A stretch of 64,000 nucleotides of DNA, taken from Lingula anatina (Eukaryota > Animalia > Brachiopoda). The stretch spans positions 2,604,001-2,668,000 of the forward strand of contig JBPQGU010000016.1 of the NCBI GenBank assembly GCA_051362555.1, read 5' to 3'. Below are positions 20,703-34,502 of this stretch, piece after piece; the first letter of the stretch is position 1, and each line of letters begins with the position of its first letter. The translations under genes and the position numbers were made by a program. The notes under the pieces were generated by a model. That model saw only the letters and a program-made list of their open reading frames with translations, was not told the origin of the DNA and searched no databases.

Positions 20703-21890
20703 ATGGCAAAAGAAAAATTTACTCGTACAAAGCCGCATGTTAATATTGGTACTATTGGTCATGTTGATCATGGAAAAACAACATTAACTGCTGCTATTAC
20801 AGCTTTTTTATCAAAAGATAATTTAGCAAAATCAGTAGGATATTCAGATATTGATGCAGCACCTGAAGAAAGAGCTCGTGGTATTACAATTAATACAGCA
20901 CATGTTGAATATGAGACAGAAACAAGACATTATGCACATGTTGATTGTCCTGGCCATGCAGATTATATTAAAAATATGATTACAGGTGCAGCACAAATGG
21001 ATGGTGCAATTTTAGTTGTAGCAGCAACTGATGGACCAATGCCTCAAACACGTGAACATATTTTATTATCTAAACAAGTTGGTGTTAAAAATCTAGTTGT
21101 TTTTTTAAATAAATGTGACATGGTTCAAGATGAAGAGATGCTTGAATTAGTTGAAATGGAAATAAGAGATCTATTAAAAGAATATGATTTTGATGGTGAT
21201 AAAACTTCAATTATTAGAGGTTCAGCTTTAAAAGCATTAGAAGGTGAATTAAAATGACAAGAAAGTATTAAAAATTTACTTGATGCAATTGATAAAGATA
21301 TTCCTGAACCAGTACGTGAAACTGACAAACCATTTTTAATGTCAGTTGAAGATGTAATATCAATTACAGGTCGTGGAACAGTTGTTACTGGTCGTGTTGA
21401 AAGAGGTATGCTTAAATTAAATCAAGAAGTTGAAATTGTCGGTTTAAAAGAATCAACTAAAAAAGTTGTTGTAACTGGTATTGAAATGTTTAGAAAATTT
21501 CTAGATTTTACTCAAGCTGGTGATAATGTTGGTTTATTATTACGTGGTGTTGAAAGAAAAGATGTTCAAAGAGGTCAAGTACTTGCAAAACCAGGTTCAA
21601 TTACTCCACATAAAAAATTTAAATCACAAGTTTATGTTTTGAAAAAAGAAGAAGGTGGTCGTCATAAACCATTTTTTACAAATTATCGTCCACAATTTTA
21701 TTTCAGAACAACAGATGTTACAGGAACAATTACACTTCCAGAATCTGTAAAAATGGCTATGCCAGGTGATAATGTTGAAATGACAGTTGAATTAATTTCT
21801 CCTGTTGCTTTAGAAAAAGGAACAAAATTCTCAATTAGAGAAGGTGGTCATACTATTGGTGCTGGATCAATAATTGAAGTTTTAGAATAA
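20703..21890 (+). CDS. tuf: Elongation factor Tu
   Basis: [17 protein letters not shown]; one internal TGA. Confidence 0.99.
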
Positions 21891-21900
21891 AAAATATAGT

Positions 21901-22098
21901 ATGAAAGCAATAAAACTATCAACAAAAAAAAAATTATTTGGAAATAATCGTTCAAAAGCTTTAAATGCTACTAGATGTATATGAAAACCAAATTTTCAAA
22001 AATTTAAAATATTTGGAACTGATGGTAAAGCTTATACTGTTTTATTGACTGCACGTGAAATTCGAACATTTAAAAAGAAATTTCAAAAAGCAAGCTAA
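21901..22098 (+). CDS. rpmB: 50S ribosomal protein L28
   Basis: FGNNRSKALNATRCIWKPNFQ...TAREIRT. Confidence 0.9.
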
Positions 22099-22119
22099 TA
22101 TATTAATATAAACTACTTT

Positions 22120-24222
22120 ATGAAATTAGTAATTTTAGAATCTCCAACAAAAACAAAAGCATTAACAAAATATCTGGGTTCAGATTTTGTTGTTTTGTCA
22201 TCTAATGGTCATATAAACAAATTATCTAAAAAAGGTCAATACTCATTGGGTATTGACCTTAAAACTTTTAAAATGTATTTTGAAATAGATGAAAAGAAGA
22301 AATCTATTGTTAAAAATTTATATAATAATGCAAAAAAAGTAGACAAAATATATATAGCAACTGACCCTGATAGAGAAGGTGAAGCAATTGCATTTCATAT
22401 AGAAAATATATTACCTAAAGATAAAAAAATTTTTCGTGTTATTTTTAATGAAATAACACCAAATGTTGTTAAAAAATCATTTAAAAATCCTGGAAAATTA
22501 AATGAAAAATTAGTAGAATCACAATTTGCACGTAGAGCTTTAGATCGTATTTTAGGTTTTAGATTGTCATCTTTATTACAAAGAAAAATATATTCTCCAT
22601 CTGCTGGAAGGGTACAATCTGTTGCACTTTCTTTGATTGTAAATAGAGAAAAAGAAATTGAAAAATTTATTCCAGAGAAATTTTTTTCAATTGTTGCAAA
22701 TTGAAAATTAAATAAAAATTTAATTTTAATAAATGAAAAAAAAGAAAAATTATTATTTAAAGATGAAAATAAAATTAATGATTTATTAAAAAATTTAGAT
22801 AAAAAATTAATAGTTTTTAAATTAAATGATAAAAAATGAATAAAAAAAACACCTGAACCTTTTAAAACATCAACTTTATTACAAAATAGTATGTCTGAAT
22901 TAAATTATTCATCTAAAAAAGTTATGTTTTTAGTTCAACAATTGTATGAGGGAATAGAAATCAATAATAATATTATAGGTTTAATTACATATCCACGTAC
23001 TGATTCAACAAGAATAAGTTCAGATTTTAAAAAAAATATAAATATTAAAATTAAAAATGATTTTGGTGATAAATTTTTGAAAAAAACAAATAATTTAAAA
23101 ATCAAACAAAAAAATAAACAAAAAATTCAAGATGCACATGAAGCAATTAGAATTACAGATATAGAATTAAAACCAGAAAAAATAAAAGAATTTTTAACAA
23201 AAGAACAATTTAATTTATATAAATTAATTTATAATCGTACTTTTTCTTCATTTATGTCAGATGTTCAAGGAATAACAAGACAATATATATTTAAAGATTT
23301 AAAAACAGAATCTTTGTTTTTAATTGAAGAAGAAAAAATAATTTTTGAAGGTTTTTTAAAAATTAAAAATATTAATTTAAATGATATAAATGAAGAATTT
23401 TTAAATTTAAAAGAAAATGATGAAATTGAAATAAAAAATTATATAAAGTCAGAAAAAATAACCAAACCAAAACCCAGATATACAGAAAGTAAAATGATTA
23501 AAAAGATGGATGATTTAGGTATAGGGAGACCATCAACATATTCAATGATTATTTCAAAATTATTAGATTGAAATTATATTGAAAAAAATGAAGAAAAAAA
23601 AATAATTCCTACTTGAAAAGGAAAAAGAGTTAATGATAAATTACAAGAATTTTTTTATGAAATTATAAATATTGAATATACAGCAAATATGGAAAAAGAT
23701 TTAGATTTAATTGCTGAAGGAAAAAAGAAAAGATATAATTTCTTAAATGAATTTTATAAATCATTTGAAAAACAAATTGAAAATGCAGAAAAAAATATGA
23801 CTAATCCAGAACCAATTAATTTAGATAGAAAATGTCCAAAATGTAATTCAAAATTACAAGAAAGAGAAGGAAAATTTGGTAAATTTATAGGATGTTCTAA
23901 TTTTCCAGAATGTAAATTTATTGAGAAAATAAATATAGATAAAAAAAATATAGAACCTAAAAAATTAGATAGAAAATGTCCAAAATGTAACTCAGAATTA
24001 GTTGAAAGAGTTGGTCGTTTTGGTAAATTTGTTGCATGTTCTAATTTTCCAGAATGTAAATTTATTGAAAAGAAAAATAAAATAGAACCTAAAAAATTAG
24101 ATAGAAAATGTAAAAAATGTAATTCAGTATTAGTTGAAAGAGTTGGTCGTTTTGGTAATTTTATATCATGTTCAGGTTTTCCAAAATGTAAATTTATTGA
24201 AAAGAAAAATAAAAATAAGTAA
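22120..24222 (+). CDS. topA: DNA topoisomerase I
   Basis: ESPTK, ATDPDREGE, SAGRVQS, ITYPRTDS, three C-terminal Zn ribbons. Confidence 0.97.
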
Positions 24223-24247
24223 AATATTAATTAATAAATTAAAAAAA

Positions 24248-25027
24248 ATGAATATAAATATGACAAATAATAATATAAAAAATATAAAAAAAGAAGATGT
24301 AATTACTATTGATGCTACTTTTGCATGTTATAAAAGATATTGTCACCCCAAATTTAAACCTTTTGTTTCAAAAATAGTTAGAGGAAAATGTTTTATAAAT
24401 GAAGATTTGATGTTTGAACAATTTCAAAAAATGTTAAAAATAATGCAAAATATCAAAAAAGAAAATAAAAAGATATTATTTGTTGGTACAAAAAAGAGAA
24501 TTAAAGATGTTGTTGAAGAAATTGTTTCAAAAACTGATCATTTTTATATAAATCATCGTTGAATTGGTGGATTATTGACAAATTTTAATATTGCACATAA
24601 AAAGCGTAATTTAAAATATCAAGAGTTACAAAAACCAGAAAATTTAAATTTTATTAAAACAAGACCTAAAAAAGAACAAATGTTATTTAAAAAAGAATTA
24701 GAAAGATTAGAAAAATCTATTAAAGGTATTTTAAATATGAAAAAAATCCCAGATTATATTTTTTTAATAGATTCAAAAATTGAAAAAACTGCTTTAAAAG
24801 AAGCTAATTCATTAAATATTCCAGTTTTAGCAATAACACAAATGAATATGGATCCAATTAATTTGGAAGCTTTTATTCCTGCAAATGATAATTCAGAATT
24901 AGTTATTAGAAATTTTTTGAATATTTTATTAAGTTCTTTTATTAAAGAAGAGTTTAATAAAGAAGAAATTAATAAAGAAGAAATTAATAAAACAGAATTA
25001 AAAGATAATAAAAATAATGAAAAATAA
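24248..25027 (+). CDS. rpsB: 30S ribosomal protein S2 (divergent; start approximate)
   Basis: ILFVGTK, HRWIGGLLTNF, IPANDNS; upstream of tsf. Confidence 0.92.
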
Positions 25028-25841
25028 TTTAGAATTAATTAAAAAATTACGTAAAATTACTCTTGCAGGTTTTTCAAGTTGTAAAAATGCTTTAGAAGAA
25101 ACAAATTATGATTTAGATAAAGCAATAGAAATATTACAAAAAAAAGGAATGAACAAAGTTCTTAAACGTTCAAATATTGATCGTTTAACTAATGAAGGAC
25201 GTGTTGTAATATCTGTAAAAGAAAATATTGCTATATTAATTGAAATGAGATGTGAAACTGATTTTGTTTCAAATAATATTAATTTTTCTAAATTTATTAA
25301 AAATGTAATAAATTTATCTTTTGAAGAAATAGAAAAAGATATTAATTTTAATATAAAAGAAAACAAAAAAATAAAAGATTTTATTTTAAAAGAAAGTTCT
25401 AAATTTGGTGAAAAAATTGAATTAACAGATTTTTATTTTACTAAAAAATTAGATAATCAAATGTTTTCATTTTATCAACATACAAATGGAAAATATGGTT
25501 CTTTATTAGTACTTGATGGTTTAATTGATAATGATACTTTAGAAGGTATTGCTATGCAAGTTGTAGTGACTCGTCCTAAATTTATTTCTATTTTTGAAAT
25601 TGATGATAATTTTAAAAATAAAAAAAGATCACTTATTGAAGAAAAAATAAATGAAAATTTAAAAAATAAATCATTAGAATTAAGAAAAAAAATTATTGAA
25701 AATAAATTAGAAAAAGAATTAAAAGAAATAACTTTATTAAACCAAAAATACATTAAAGATGAAAGTAAAACAATCAAAGAAATTTTAGAAAAAAATAATG
25801 TTAAAATAATTTCAATGAAATGATTTGCAATTGGAGAATAA
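25017..25841 (+). CDS. tsf: Elongation factor Ts
   Basis: IKKLRKIT.AG..CK.AL, CETDFV. Confidence 0.95.
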
Positions 25842-25852
25842 GTTTTTAGAAT

Positions 25853-26431
25853 ATGGAAGATATTGTACCAGTTTATAAAATATTTTTTTGATTTTTATTT
25901 GCAATTTGAGTCTATTTGTTTTTAATTTATTTGTCAGGTTTTTATTTATTTTTAATAAAAAAATCAAAAAATTTTAAATATGATAAGAAATTACTTTGAA
26001 TTCAATTTATATTATTTTTAATATCAACATGTTTACAAATAGTATTTTTAGTTTTTTTTAGTCTTAATAAAATTGAAAATGATGAATTTGCAATTATATT
26101 ATTAGTTTTTGATTCTATATTTGTTATTTCAACATTATTATTTGTTTTATTTTTTTCAAATAATTTTGCTATTAAATTTGAAAAAGAATATACAAATTTT
26201 TTAGGAATTAAAATTTTAAATACTGCAATTATTTCAGTTAAAAAAAATATTTCAGGTGATGTAATTATTGAATATGTTTATAAAAAAGAAAAAAATATGA
26301 AATGAACTGAAAAAATTAAATTATTTAGAAACATGAAAGTTACTAATTTTTTCTTTAACAATTATAAAGAATTTATAGATCCTGAAAAAAATTTAGCTTT
26401 TTTTGATATTGATAAAGTCATTAAAAAATAA
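25853..26431 (+). CDS. Hypothetical 3-TM membrane protein (192 aa)
   Basis: Open frame in code 4 between tsf and pyrH. Confidence 0.75.
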
Positions 26432-26436
26432 AAATA

Positions 26437-27168
26437 ATGCAAATAGATAGAATTTTAATTAAAATAAGTGGAGAATCATTTTTAGATAACACTTCAAATT
26501 TTAATTTTAAATATTTAAAAAGTTTAGTAGATCAAATTATTTATTTAAAAAATAAAAATAAAGAAATAATTATTGTTGTTGGTGGTGGAAATATTTGTAG
26601 AGGAAATGAACTTAAGAAAAATTTTTCAAAAAATTTAATAGTTGATCCACTTCATTATGCATCAATGATGGCAACAGTTATTAATGGTATTGTTTTAAGA
26701 GAAATTTTTAGAGATAAAGGTCATGTTGTTGGATTGTTAAATGCATTTAAAATCGAAACAATTTATACTGAAAAATATTCTTTTAAAAAAGCAAATGAAA
26801 TATTAAAAGAAAATAAAATTTTAATTTTAACTGGCGGAAAAGGAAAACCAGGTTTTTCAACTGATATATTAGTTACAGAAAAATCAAAAGAATTAAATGT
26901 AAAATTAATATTACTTGGTAAAAATGATGTTAATGGAATTTTTTCATTAGATCCAAAAGTTGATAAAAATGCAAAATTTTTTAATAAAATTAGTTTTAAA
27001 GAAATATTAGAAATGAATATAAAAATAATGGATTTAAATGCAGTTAAATTGGGCATTTATATAAAGGATTTAGAAATGATTGTATTTAATATTAAAAGTG
27101 AAAATTCAATTTTAAATGCATTTAAAAGAAAGGGAAAATATACATATGTCACAAATTGTTATGAATAA
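26437..27168 (+). CDS. pyrH: Uridylate kinase
   Basis: KISGE, GGGN, FSTD, DPK; between tsf and frr. Confidence 0.92.
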   Translation: MQIDRILIKISGESFLDNTSNFNFKYLKSLVDQIIYLKNKNKEIIIVVGGGNICRGNELKKNFSKNLIVDPLHYASMMATVINGIVLREIFRDKGHVVGLLNAFKIETIYTEKYSFKKANEILKENKILILTGGKGKPGFSTDILVTEKSKELNVKLILLGKNDVNGIFSLDPKVDKNAKFFNKISFKEILEMNIKIMDLNAVKLGIYIKDLEMIVFNIKSENSILNAFKRKGKYTYVTNCYE

Positions 27169-27700
27169 TTTAGAAACTTTTAAAGAAGTAACAAATAATT
27201 TAATAGAAGGTTTTAAAGTAAATACATCAAAATATGATTATACAAGAGTAAATCTTTCAATTTTAGAAAATATTAAAATTGATTATTTTGGAACAATGTC
27301 ATCTATTAAATATATGGTTAATACAAAAAAAGGTGATAAAGGAGAGGTACTTTTGGTACCATTTGATAAATCACAATTAGAAGATATTTATAATGCAATT
27401 ATTGATTATAAAACAGATTGAGTTGTTATTTTACAAAGAGATTCAATTAGACTTCATGCTCCGCTTCCTACAACTGAATCAAAAAAGAAAACACAAAAAA
27501 AAATAAATGAAGAAGCAGAAAAAATTAAAATTCAATTAAGACAATATAGACATAAATTATTAGATTTTTATAAAGAGAATGAAAAAGATGAAGATGATTT
27601 TAAAATTTTAAAAATGAATTTAGAAAAAGAAATGTCTGAATGTGAAAGAAAATTAAATAATATTTTAAAGGAAACAGTAGAACGTTTATTTAAAGTTTAA
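27146..27700 (+). CDS. frr: Ribosome recycling factor
   Basis: IDYFG, VPFDKS, PLPTTE; follows pyrH. Confidence 0.88.
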
Positions 27701-27719
27701 TTTTTATTTATTTTTTTTA

Positions 27720-27749
27720 AAAAAAGACTCTAAAATTAGAGTCTTTTTT
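27720..27749. terminator. Bidirectional intrinsic terminator
   Basis: AAAAAAGACTC-taaaatta-GAGTCTTTTTT between convergent genes. Confidence 0.85.
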
Positions 27750-27780
27750 ATTTATTTAAATAATAAATTAATTATTTAAA

Positions 27781-30700
27781 TTAAATTCTTAAATATTCAT
27801 CAAAATTTGTTTTTTTGTATCCTAAATAGAATTTTCAAACAATAATTATAAAGAATAACATTAATATTAAAAATGAAACAACAAATATTCATATATCATT
27901 GTCAATGAAAAGATATAAGTTGTTTTCTTTTGCAATCATAATTATTGTTTTAAAAATATAAATTGTTATAAGTGATCCTAATATAAAACCTATAATAATT
28001 GGAATAAACATAATAGAAATTATTTTTATTAACATTTCTTTATTAGAATATCCAATTATTTTTAAATCAATAGTTAATTTTTTGTATTCTTCAAAAATTC
28101 CTTTTAATATAAATCATAATAAGAATAAAGATGACAAAATATTTAATATTATTGAAAGCAATGCTAAATTTAAGAAATATGTTAAGAAATTATATGTAGC
28201 TTGTTTTTTGAATAATTGTGAATCAATATCAATGTTAAATTTTTGTGCTATTCCTGCAACAACTGTATCTAAATCAAAATATCCATTTTCATCATTAAGT
28301 GAAACACCAAATAATACACCTTCAATTAAATTATCTGCTTTTGAATAAAGTGTATTAAAATATTTTGAATCTCCAATATAATCTGAATTTTTTTTAGTAG
28401 TACCAAAGCCAGCAATTTCATTTAATTTTTCTTGTTCCATAAAAATTTGTGGTGTTTCATATGTATTAATTACATTTTGGATTCTATATTTTTTATTTAT
28501 TTTTTTTCATTCTGTTTTTACATATAATCAATTGTTTCTATTATTGTATTCTCATCAATTTCTTGCTCTTTTTAACATATTAGAACCATATTTTATTTCA
28601 TTACCTAAAAATATTCTTATGTATTCATTATCATTTTGATAAAGAATTACTCTTTCAATATCTATCATTTTTATAAATTTTGATTTTTGTTCTTTTTCAT
28701 CAAAATATTCATTATAAAGTGTTACATTTTTATAAGAACCATCAGATTGTTTTTTTTGTACTTGTCCTGTTTCTTTGTTAACTTTAAAACTACTTAATTC
28801 ATTTAATAAACTTCCTTTATAAAATTTTGCATTCCGATTTCAATTTCAAACACTTTCTTCATTTGATTTTTTATAATTATTTTTAAAAGAATATCCAATT
28901 GGTAAATATTTTCAATCTTCTTTTTTATATGGATTTTTTTTACCTTTTAAATATAGTAATTTTTGTTTTTGTAATGCATAAAAATAATCATTAACTTTTA
29001 AATTATATGTATCTACAAATTTTCTGTTTGCTACAACATTGATTTCATTATTTAAAGTTTTTTTTGAAAATTCATTTTTTCAATCATGAACAAAAATATT
29101 ATTTTTATCTGTAATACCTATTGTTTCAAAGGTTTGAGTTTTTTCATTATCAATTTTTCCATCAATATTTGTTGATAAAACATCTATTTTTTTATTGTAT
29201 TTAATTTTTTGACTTGTAACAGGTAAATGTTCTTTTAATATATAATCAATTTCTTTAGAAAAGTTACTTTTAATTGGTATAGATAAACTTTCAAGTTTTT
29301 CTATACATGATTTATCATCTTCAAATTTAACATCACCTAATGCCATTTTTATTATTAGATTACAAAATTGTTTTTTATTTGTGTCATTAAATGAATTAAA
29401 TGTTTTTTTTAATCATTTAATATTAAATGCATGTTTATAAAGTGGAGTATGGAATGTTTCAAAATTTTTTCATACTTCATTTGTTTTTAAACTAGCTTTT
29501 CAATAAAATTTAAAATCTTTTTTATTTTCTTCTTTTCAATAAATTTTTGGAATTAATTTTTCAATTGGATATAAATTATCTTTATTTTTTGTTTCTTTTA
29601 ACATTTCATTAATGCCACCAACAGAATATGCATCATTATATGTAAATGGATTATTTGCAGTTGGTGTTCTTAATTTTAGTTTAAAATTATGTTTTATATG
29701 TTTGTATTGTTTGTCAATTGTTGATTTTGGAAGTCTTAAAAGATAAATTGTTGAAATTAAATTAATAATAAAAAAGAAAACAACAAATAAAAGTATAATT
29801 GTTTTTTTTCAAATTGTTAAAAAGAAAACAAAATTTATTTTCATCATAATTTTGTTTTTTGGGATTATTTTAATAAAGAAATTTTTAATTTTAATTGCTA
29901 TAAAACTTGAAACCGCTTGATCAACTGTTGTAATTAAAAAATATATTTTTTTTCTATTGAATTCTCATCAATTAATAATAAATATAAATATAAATAATAA
30001 AATTAAAATTATAATTGTTGGTATAAAGAAACTTAAAAAATTTACATTTCATTCAATAAAATTTAAAGATAAATATTCTTTAATTATTTCAAAAACTGGT
30101 TTTTGAACAAAAAAACCTAGAAATACACCAAAAATTGTTGCAAAAAAAACTGGCGGAAATAATCCAAAATATGAAAAAATAATTTCATAATTTTTTATTC
30201 CTTGAGCTTTTAAAAAACCAAGTTCTAATTTACTTTCTCTTATTTTTCTTTTGATTAAATTAAAAACACTAAATATTCAAACAAAAAATATTAATAAAGT
30301 AACACCAATTGATGTAAATTTTAAAACATTTTTAATTGAATTTGTTGCTTGATTTAAAAGAGAGTATCTAAAATTATTAATAATATCATTAAAATTTTTT
30401 AGTTCTAATTTTTTTGAATTATTATCAATAATTATGTTTTTATCTATTTTATTTTCTAACTTTAATGTTAAATTTGTAAATGAGTTTTTATTAATTAGTA
30501 AATCTTTTTCAAAGTTTTTAATATTTTGTGAATTACCTTCTAAAAATATATGTAAATATTTTTTTGAAATTATAGGTTTTTTTATATTTTTACTATCTCA
30601 TCATAATGAATTTTGAAAATTTGTATTAATATAAATAATTGCACTTTCTTTTACATCTGCTGGATTTCTATTGTTACCAGCAGGTAATATAAATGGAGTT

Positions 30701-33700
30701 TGTGAACCAAAACCAACTATTTTAAAAGTTTGTTCAAAAATTTGAAAATTATCACCAATTTTTAAATTATTTTCTTTAGCAAAAGTTGGACTGATTACAA
30801 TTTCGTTTCTTTGCATTGGTTTGTTACCTTTAACAATGTGTAATTTAAAACTAGAATCTTTTTTACTATTTTGAATTATTAAAAATACTGCTTTTTTTTG
30901 TATATCAAAAATACTTGTTAAAAAAATTCTTTTAAATTTAATATTATTTATTTTTGCTACCGCTTCATGTAATAAACTAGTATATTTTTTGTTTATTCAA
31001 AAGTTTCTAATTTTTTCTTTGTTTAAACCAGAAATGTTATTGTATAAAATATTATTTTCATATATTCAAATTTTTAAGTTAGTTATATTATTTTCAATTT
31101 CTTTATTTTCAATTTCTATTAATTTATTTTCAATTTTTTTTATTTCATTATTTGTTAAATTATTTGATTGTTCTTTTAATTCATAGTTTATTTTTATATA
31201 TTGTGTTCAAATTTCTGTTGTTTTTTTTTCATTTTCATTTTGATTTAATTTAATAATAAATGATTTTAATTTATTATTAATAGATTGATTTTCATTTTGA
31301 TTTAATCATTTTTTTACTTCATTATTAAAATAATTTATTTTATTTTTAAATAAAAAAGAAGTGTTTATTTTTTTTCATATTATTAAATTATTTAAAAATA
31401 TGTTTTTAAATAATGTAGGATTTTCTAAACCAAAATTATCTTTTCTTTTTTTAATATTTCAAAATAAATTTCATATTTTTAAATTAATTTTTTCAATACT
31501 TTGTTTATTAAAAATTAAATTTTTATCAAATAAATTTTTTGTTTGATTTATATTTTGGTTTATAAAATTATTAATTATTTTTTCAATAAAAAAAGATTGT
31601 TTTATAAATTTTAAATTTATTTTTTTAAATCCAATATCAAATCCATTTTTTTTCAAATTAGGTAATATGTAATTTTCAATTTTTTCTTTTAATTTGTTTA
31701 TTTCATCAATTTGTAAATTTTTATTATTTTTTATTTTTTCAATTTTATGTTTTATTTCAATATTTTGATTATCATTTGGAAAAAAATTACTTCATATTTC
31801 ATTTATTTTCAAAACTCAATTATTGTATTCAATATTTTTTTCTTGAATTATTTTTAATTTTTCATTATATGAATTAGTTTGAAAAAAATTATTAAATTGT
31901 TCTTGAAAATTATCTTTTATTTCATTTAAATCATATTTTAAATCTTGTTTTTCATTTTGTTTTTCATTTTGATTTTCATTTATTTTTTTTATTAAAAATT
32001 TTTGTATTGTTGTTAAATCTAAAAGATTTATAATGTTAAAAACATTACTTTCATCTTTAAAATTCATTAAATAATTTAATGAATATTTATTTAAAAATTT
32101 ATTTATTTGATTTATTTTATTTTGTTTAGATAATATGTTTCAATTATCAATATTAATTTTAAAATTTTGATTTAAATTATTATTTTTTAAAAATAATTCT
32201 TCATAAATAATATTTACAAATTCTACAGTATGTTTCAAAAATTTTGTTGCTTTTGAAATTTCATTTATATTTTTAAAATGATTGTGTTGTTTTCATAATG
32301 AAATTATTTGATTAAAATTTTTATAATTTTCATTTTCTTCTTGATTAGTATAATCTAAAGTTATATCTAAAGAATTAGATGTTGGATTTATTTTTATTTT
32401 TTCTAATTCTTGTTGAAATTCTTCTTCTAAATTATTAATATTATTATTAATATTTATAAAAAGAAATCATAATGTTTCTCTTCAATTTATTAGTTTTTGA
32501 AAATTATTTATTAATTTTAATTTTCAAAAATTTAATTGATATTCTAATTCTTTAATTTTATTAAAAATTTCTTGAATTTTTATTTTTGAATTATTTGTAA
32601 AACTTTTTTTTAATACTGTATCATAATTTAAAGGTTTTAAATTTTCAAAATTTTTAATATTTGTAGTATTATTAAATTTTTTTAAATTTTGAATGTAAGT
32701 ATTTATTTCAGTTTTATTTTGAATTTTTCAAAATATTGAATTTTCAATATAAATTCTATTATTTAATCATACAATATAATTATTTAAATCATCATCATTT
32801 ATTCTTTTTTGAAATTCAATTGGTCTTGCTTTTATTTCATTTAAATCAAATAAATTATTTTTTAAAATTTTAGTATTATTTTCTTCATTTAATTTTTCTT
32901 TTCATTTTTCTATATTTTTTATTTTTATTCAAAAATTAATTAATTCATTTTTTTCAAAAAAAGTTATAATATTTTCTTTAAAATTTGAATAATTACTTAA
33001 AATATAATTTTTTAATTTTTTAAATTTATTTTTTTCATTTAAAATAATTTTATTTAAAATATTATTTTTTCTATTGTTTTCTTGATTTTCAAATATATTT
33101 AAAATATTTATAAATAATTCTAAAAATAATTTAAATTCATTTTTATTTTTTTTAAATATATTCTCAATTTTTTTATCTAATAATTCAATTGTTCTATTTG
33201 TTATTAATAAATCACTTTTTTTTTCTTTTTCTATTATTAATAGTAATTCATTTTCAAGTGAATTTAAAATTTTACCTTCTTTGAGTTTTACTCATTTTTT
33301 AATAGCCAGTAATCTTGTTAAATATTCTTTTTCTGATTCATTTATTCTTTTTTTTAATATATTTAAATTTAATGTTCCATTTGAATAAAAATCTTTTAAT
33401 TTTAATTCATTTATATTATCAAATCCTAAATTTATATTGTTATCTGTTTGTGTTTTTGCTAGTCTTATTAAGTTTTTTATATTTTCATTAATACTTAATA
33501 TAATTAATTTTTTAATTTCTTTTGTATTATTTTCTTGAAAAATTTTATCTAATTTTTTTTCTTTAATTTCATTTAAAAATTGTTTAAATTTATTTCAATC
33601 TTCTAATATTTTTACTTTATTATTTTCAAATTCATTTTTTCTAATTGTATTATCATTTATAAATTTTTCAATTTCTTTTATGTTTTCTATATTACTTTGA

Positions 33701-34431
33701 TCATTTAAAACTAAATTTTTTCATTCAATTTTAGATAATATATTTTCTCTTTCAACATTTTCAGTATAAACTTCATTATGTTTTAAAAATAAATTTATTT
33801 GTTTTTTAATACTTTCTTCTAAATATTTTTTAATTCCAATATTACTGTTTTTTAAAAAATAAACTTCTAATAAATTTGCTAAATTTTGATATTTTTGATC
33901 AATTGTTTCTTTATATTTTTTTATTAATTTTTGATGTATAGAGTTTTTATAAAAAATACTTTTTTGATTTATTTTAAAATGTTTTGAATCAATATAAACA
34001 TTTTCAACTTTTAAAATTTTGGTTTTATTTAAATTAAATTGATATCTTATTTTTACATTTTTTTTATCTATTGGTAGAAAACATCCATTTTTTGAAAATG
34101 AATAACTTGGAAATCTTTTTATTTTATTATCTTTTGTTTTGATTTCAGTATAGTCATTACAAAAAATGTTTCTATGTTTGTTATTTATTAAAAAATCTCT
34201 TTCTAATGAATAAATTTTATTTGGATTAAAATTATTTAATTCACTTTTTTGAAATTCTTTATTTATTTGTGTATTTATTTCATAAAAACTTGAAATAGTT
34301 ATAGAAAAAACAATTGTTATTAATAAAAATATGATAAGTGGTATTTTAAATTTAGAAATATTACCCAAACCATTTTTTATAATTAATAATCAATTGTTTA
34401 TTTTTTTTCTAAAATATTTATTGTTTTTCAT
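27781..34431 (-). CDS. Giant FtsX/MacB-type ABC permease (~2216 aa)
   Basis: All minus-strand track fragments share one frame; NEIVISPTFAKENNLKIGD, ELGFLKAQG and LKIIGYSNKE motifs; ends checked, interior spot-checked. Confidence 0.8.
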
Positions 34432-34502
34432 TTAAAAAAAGATTTTGTTTTTTAATTTTTAATGTTAATATAATTTAAATAATACACAATTATAAATTTT
34501 TA

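Noticed and set aside
23815-24210. Three near-identical repeats at the topA 3' end
   Set aside because: Ordinary TopA zinc-ribbon repeats
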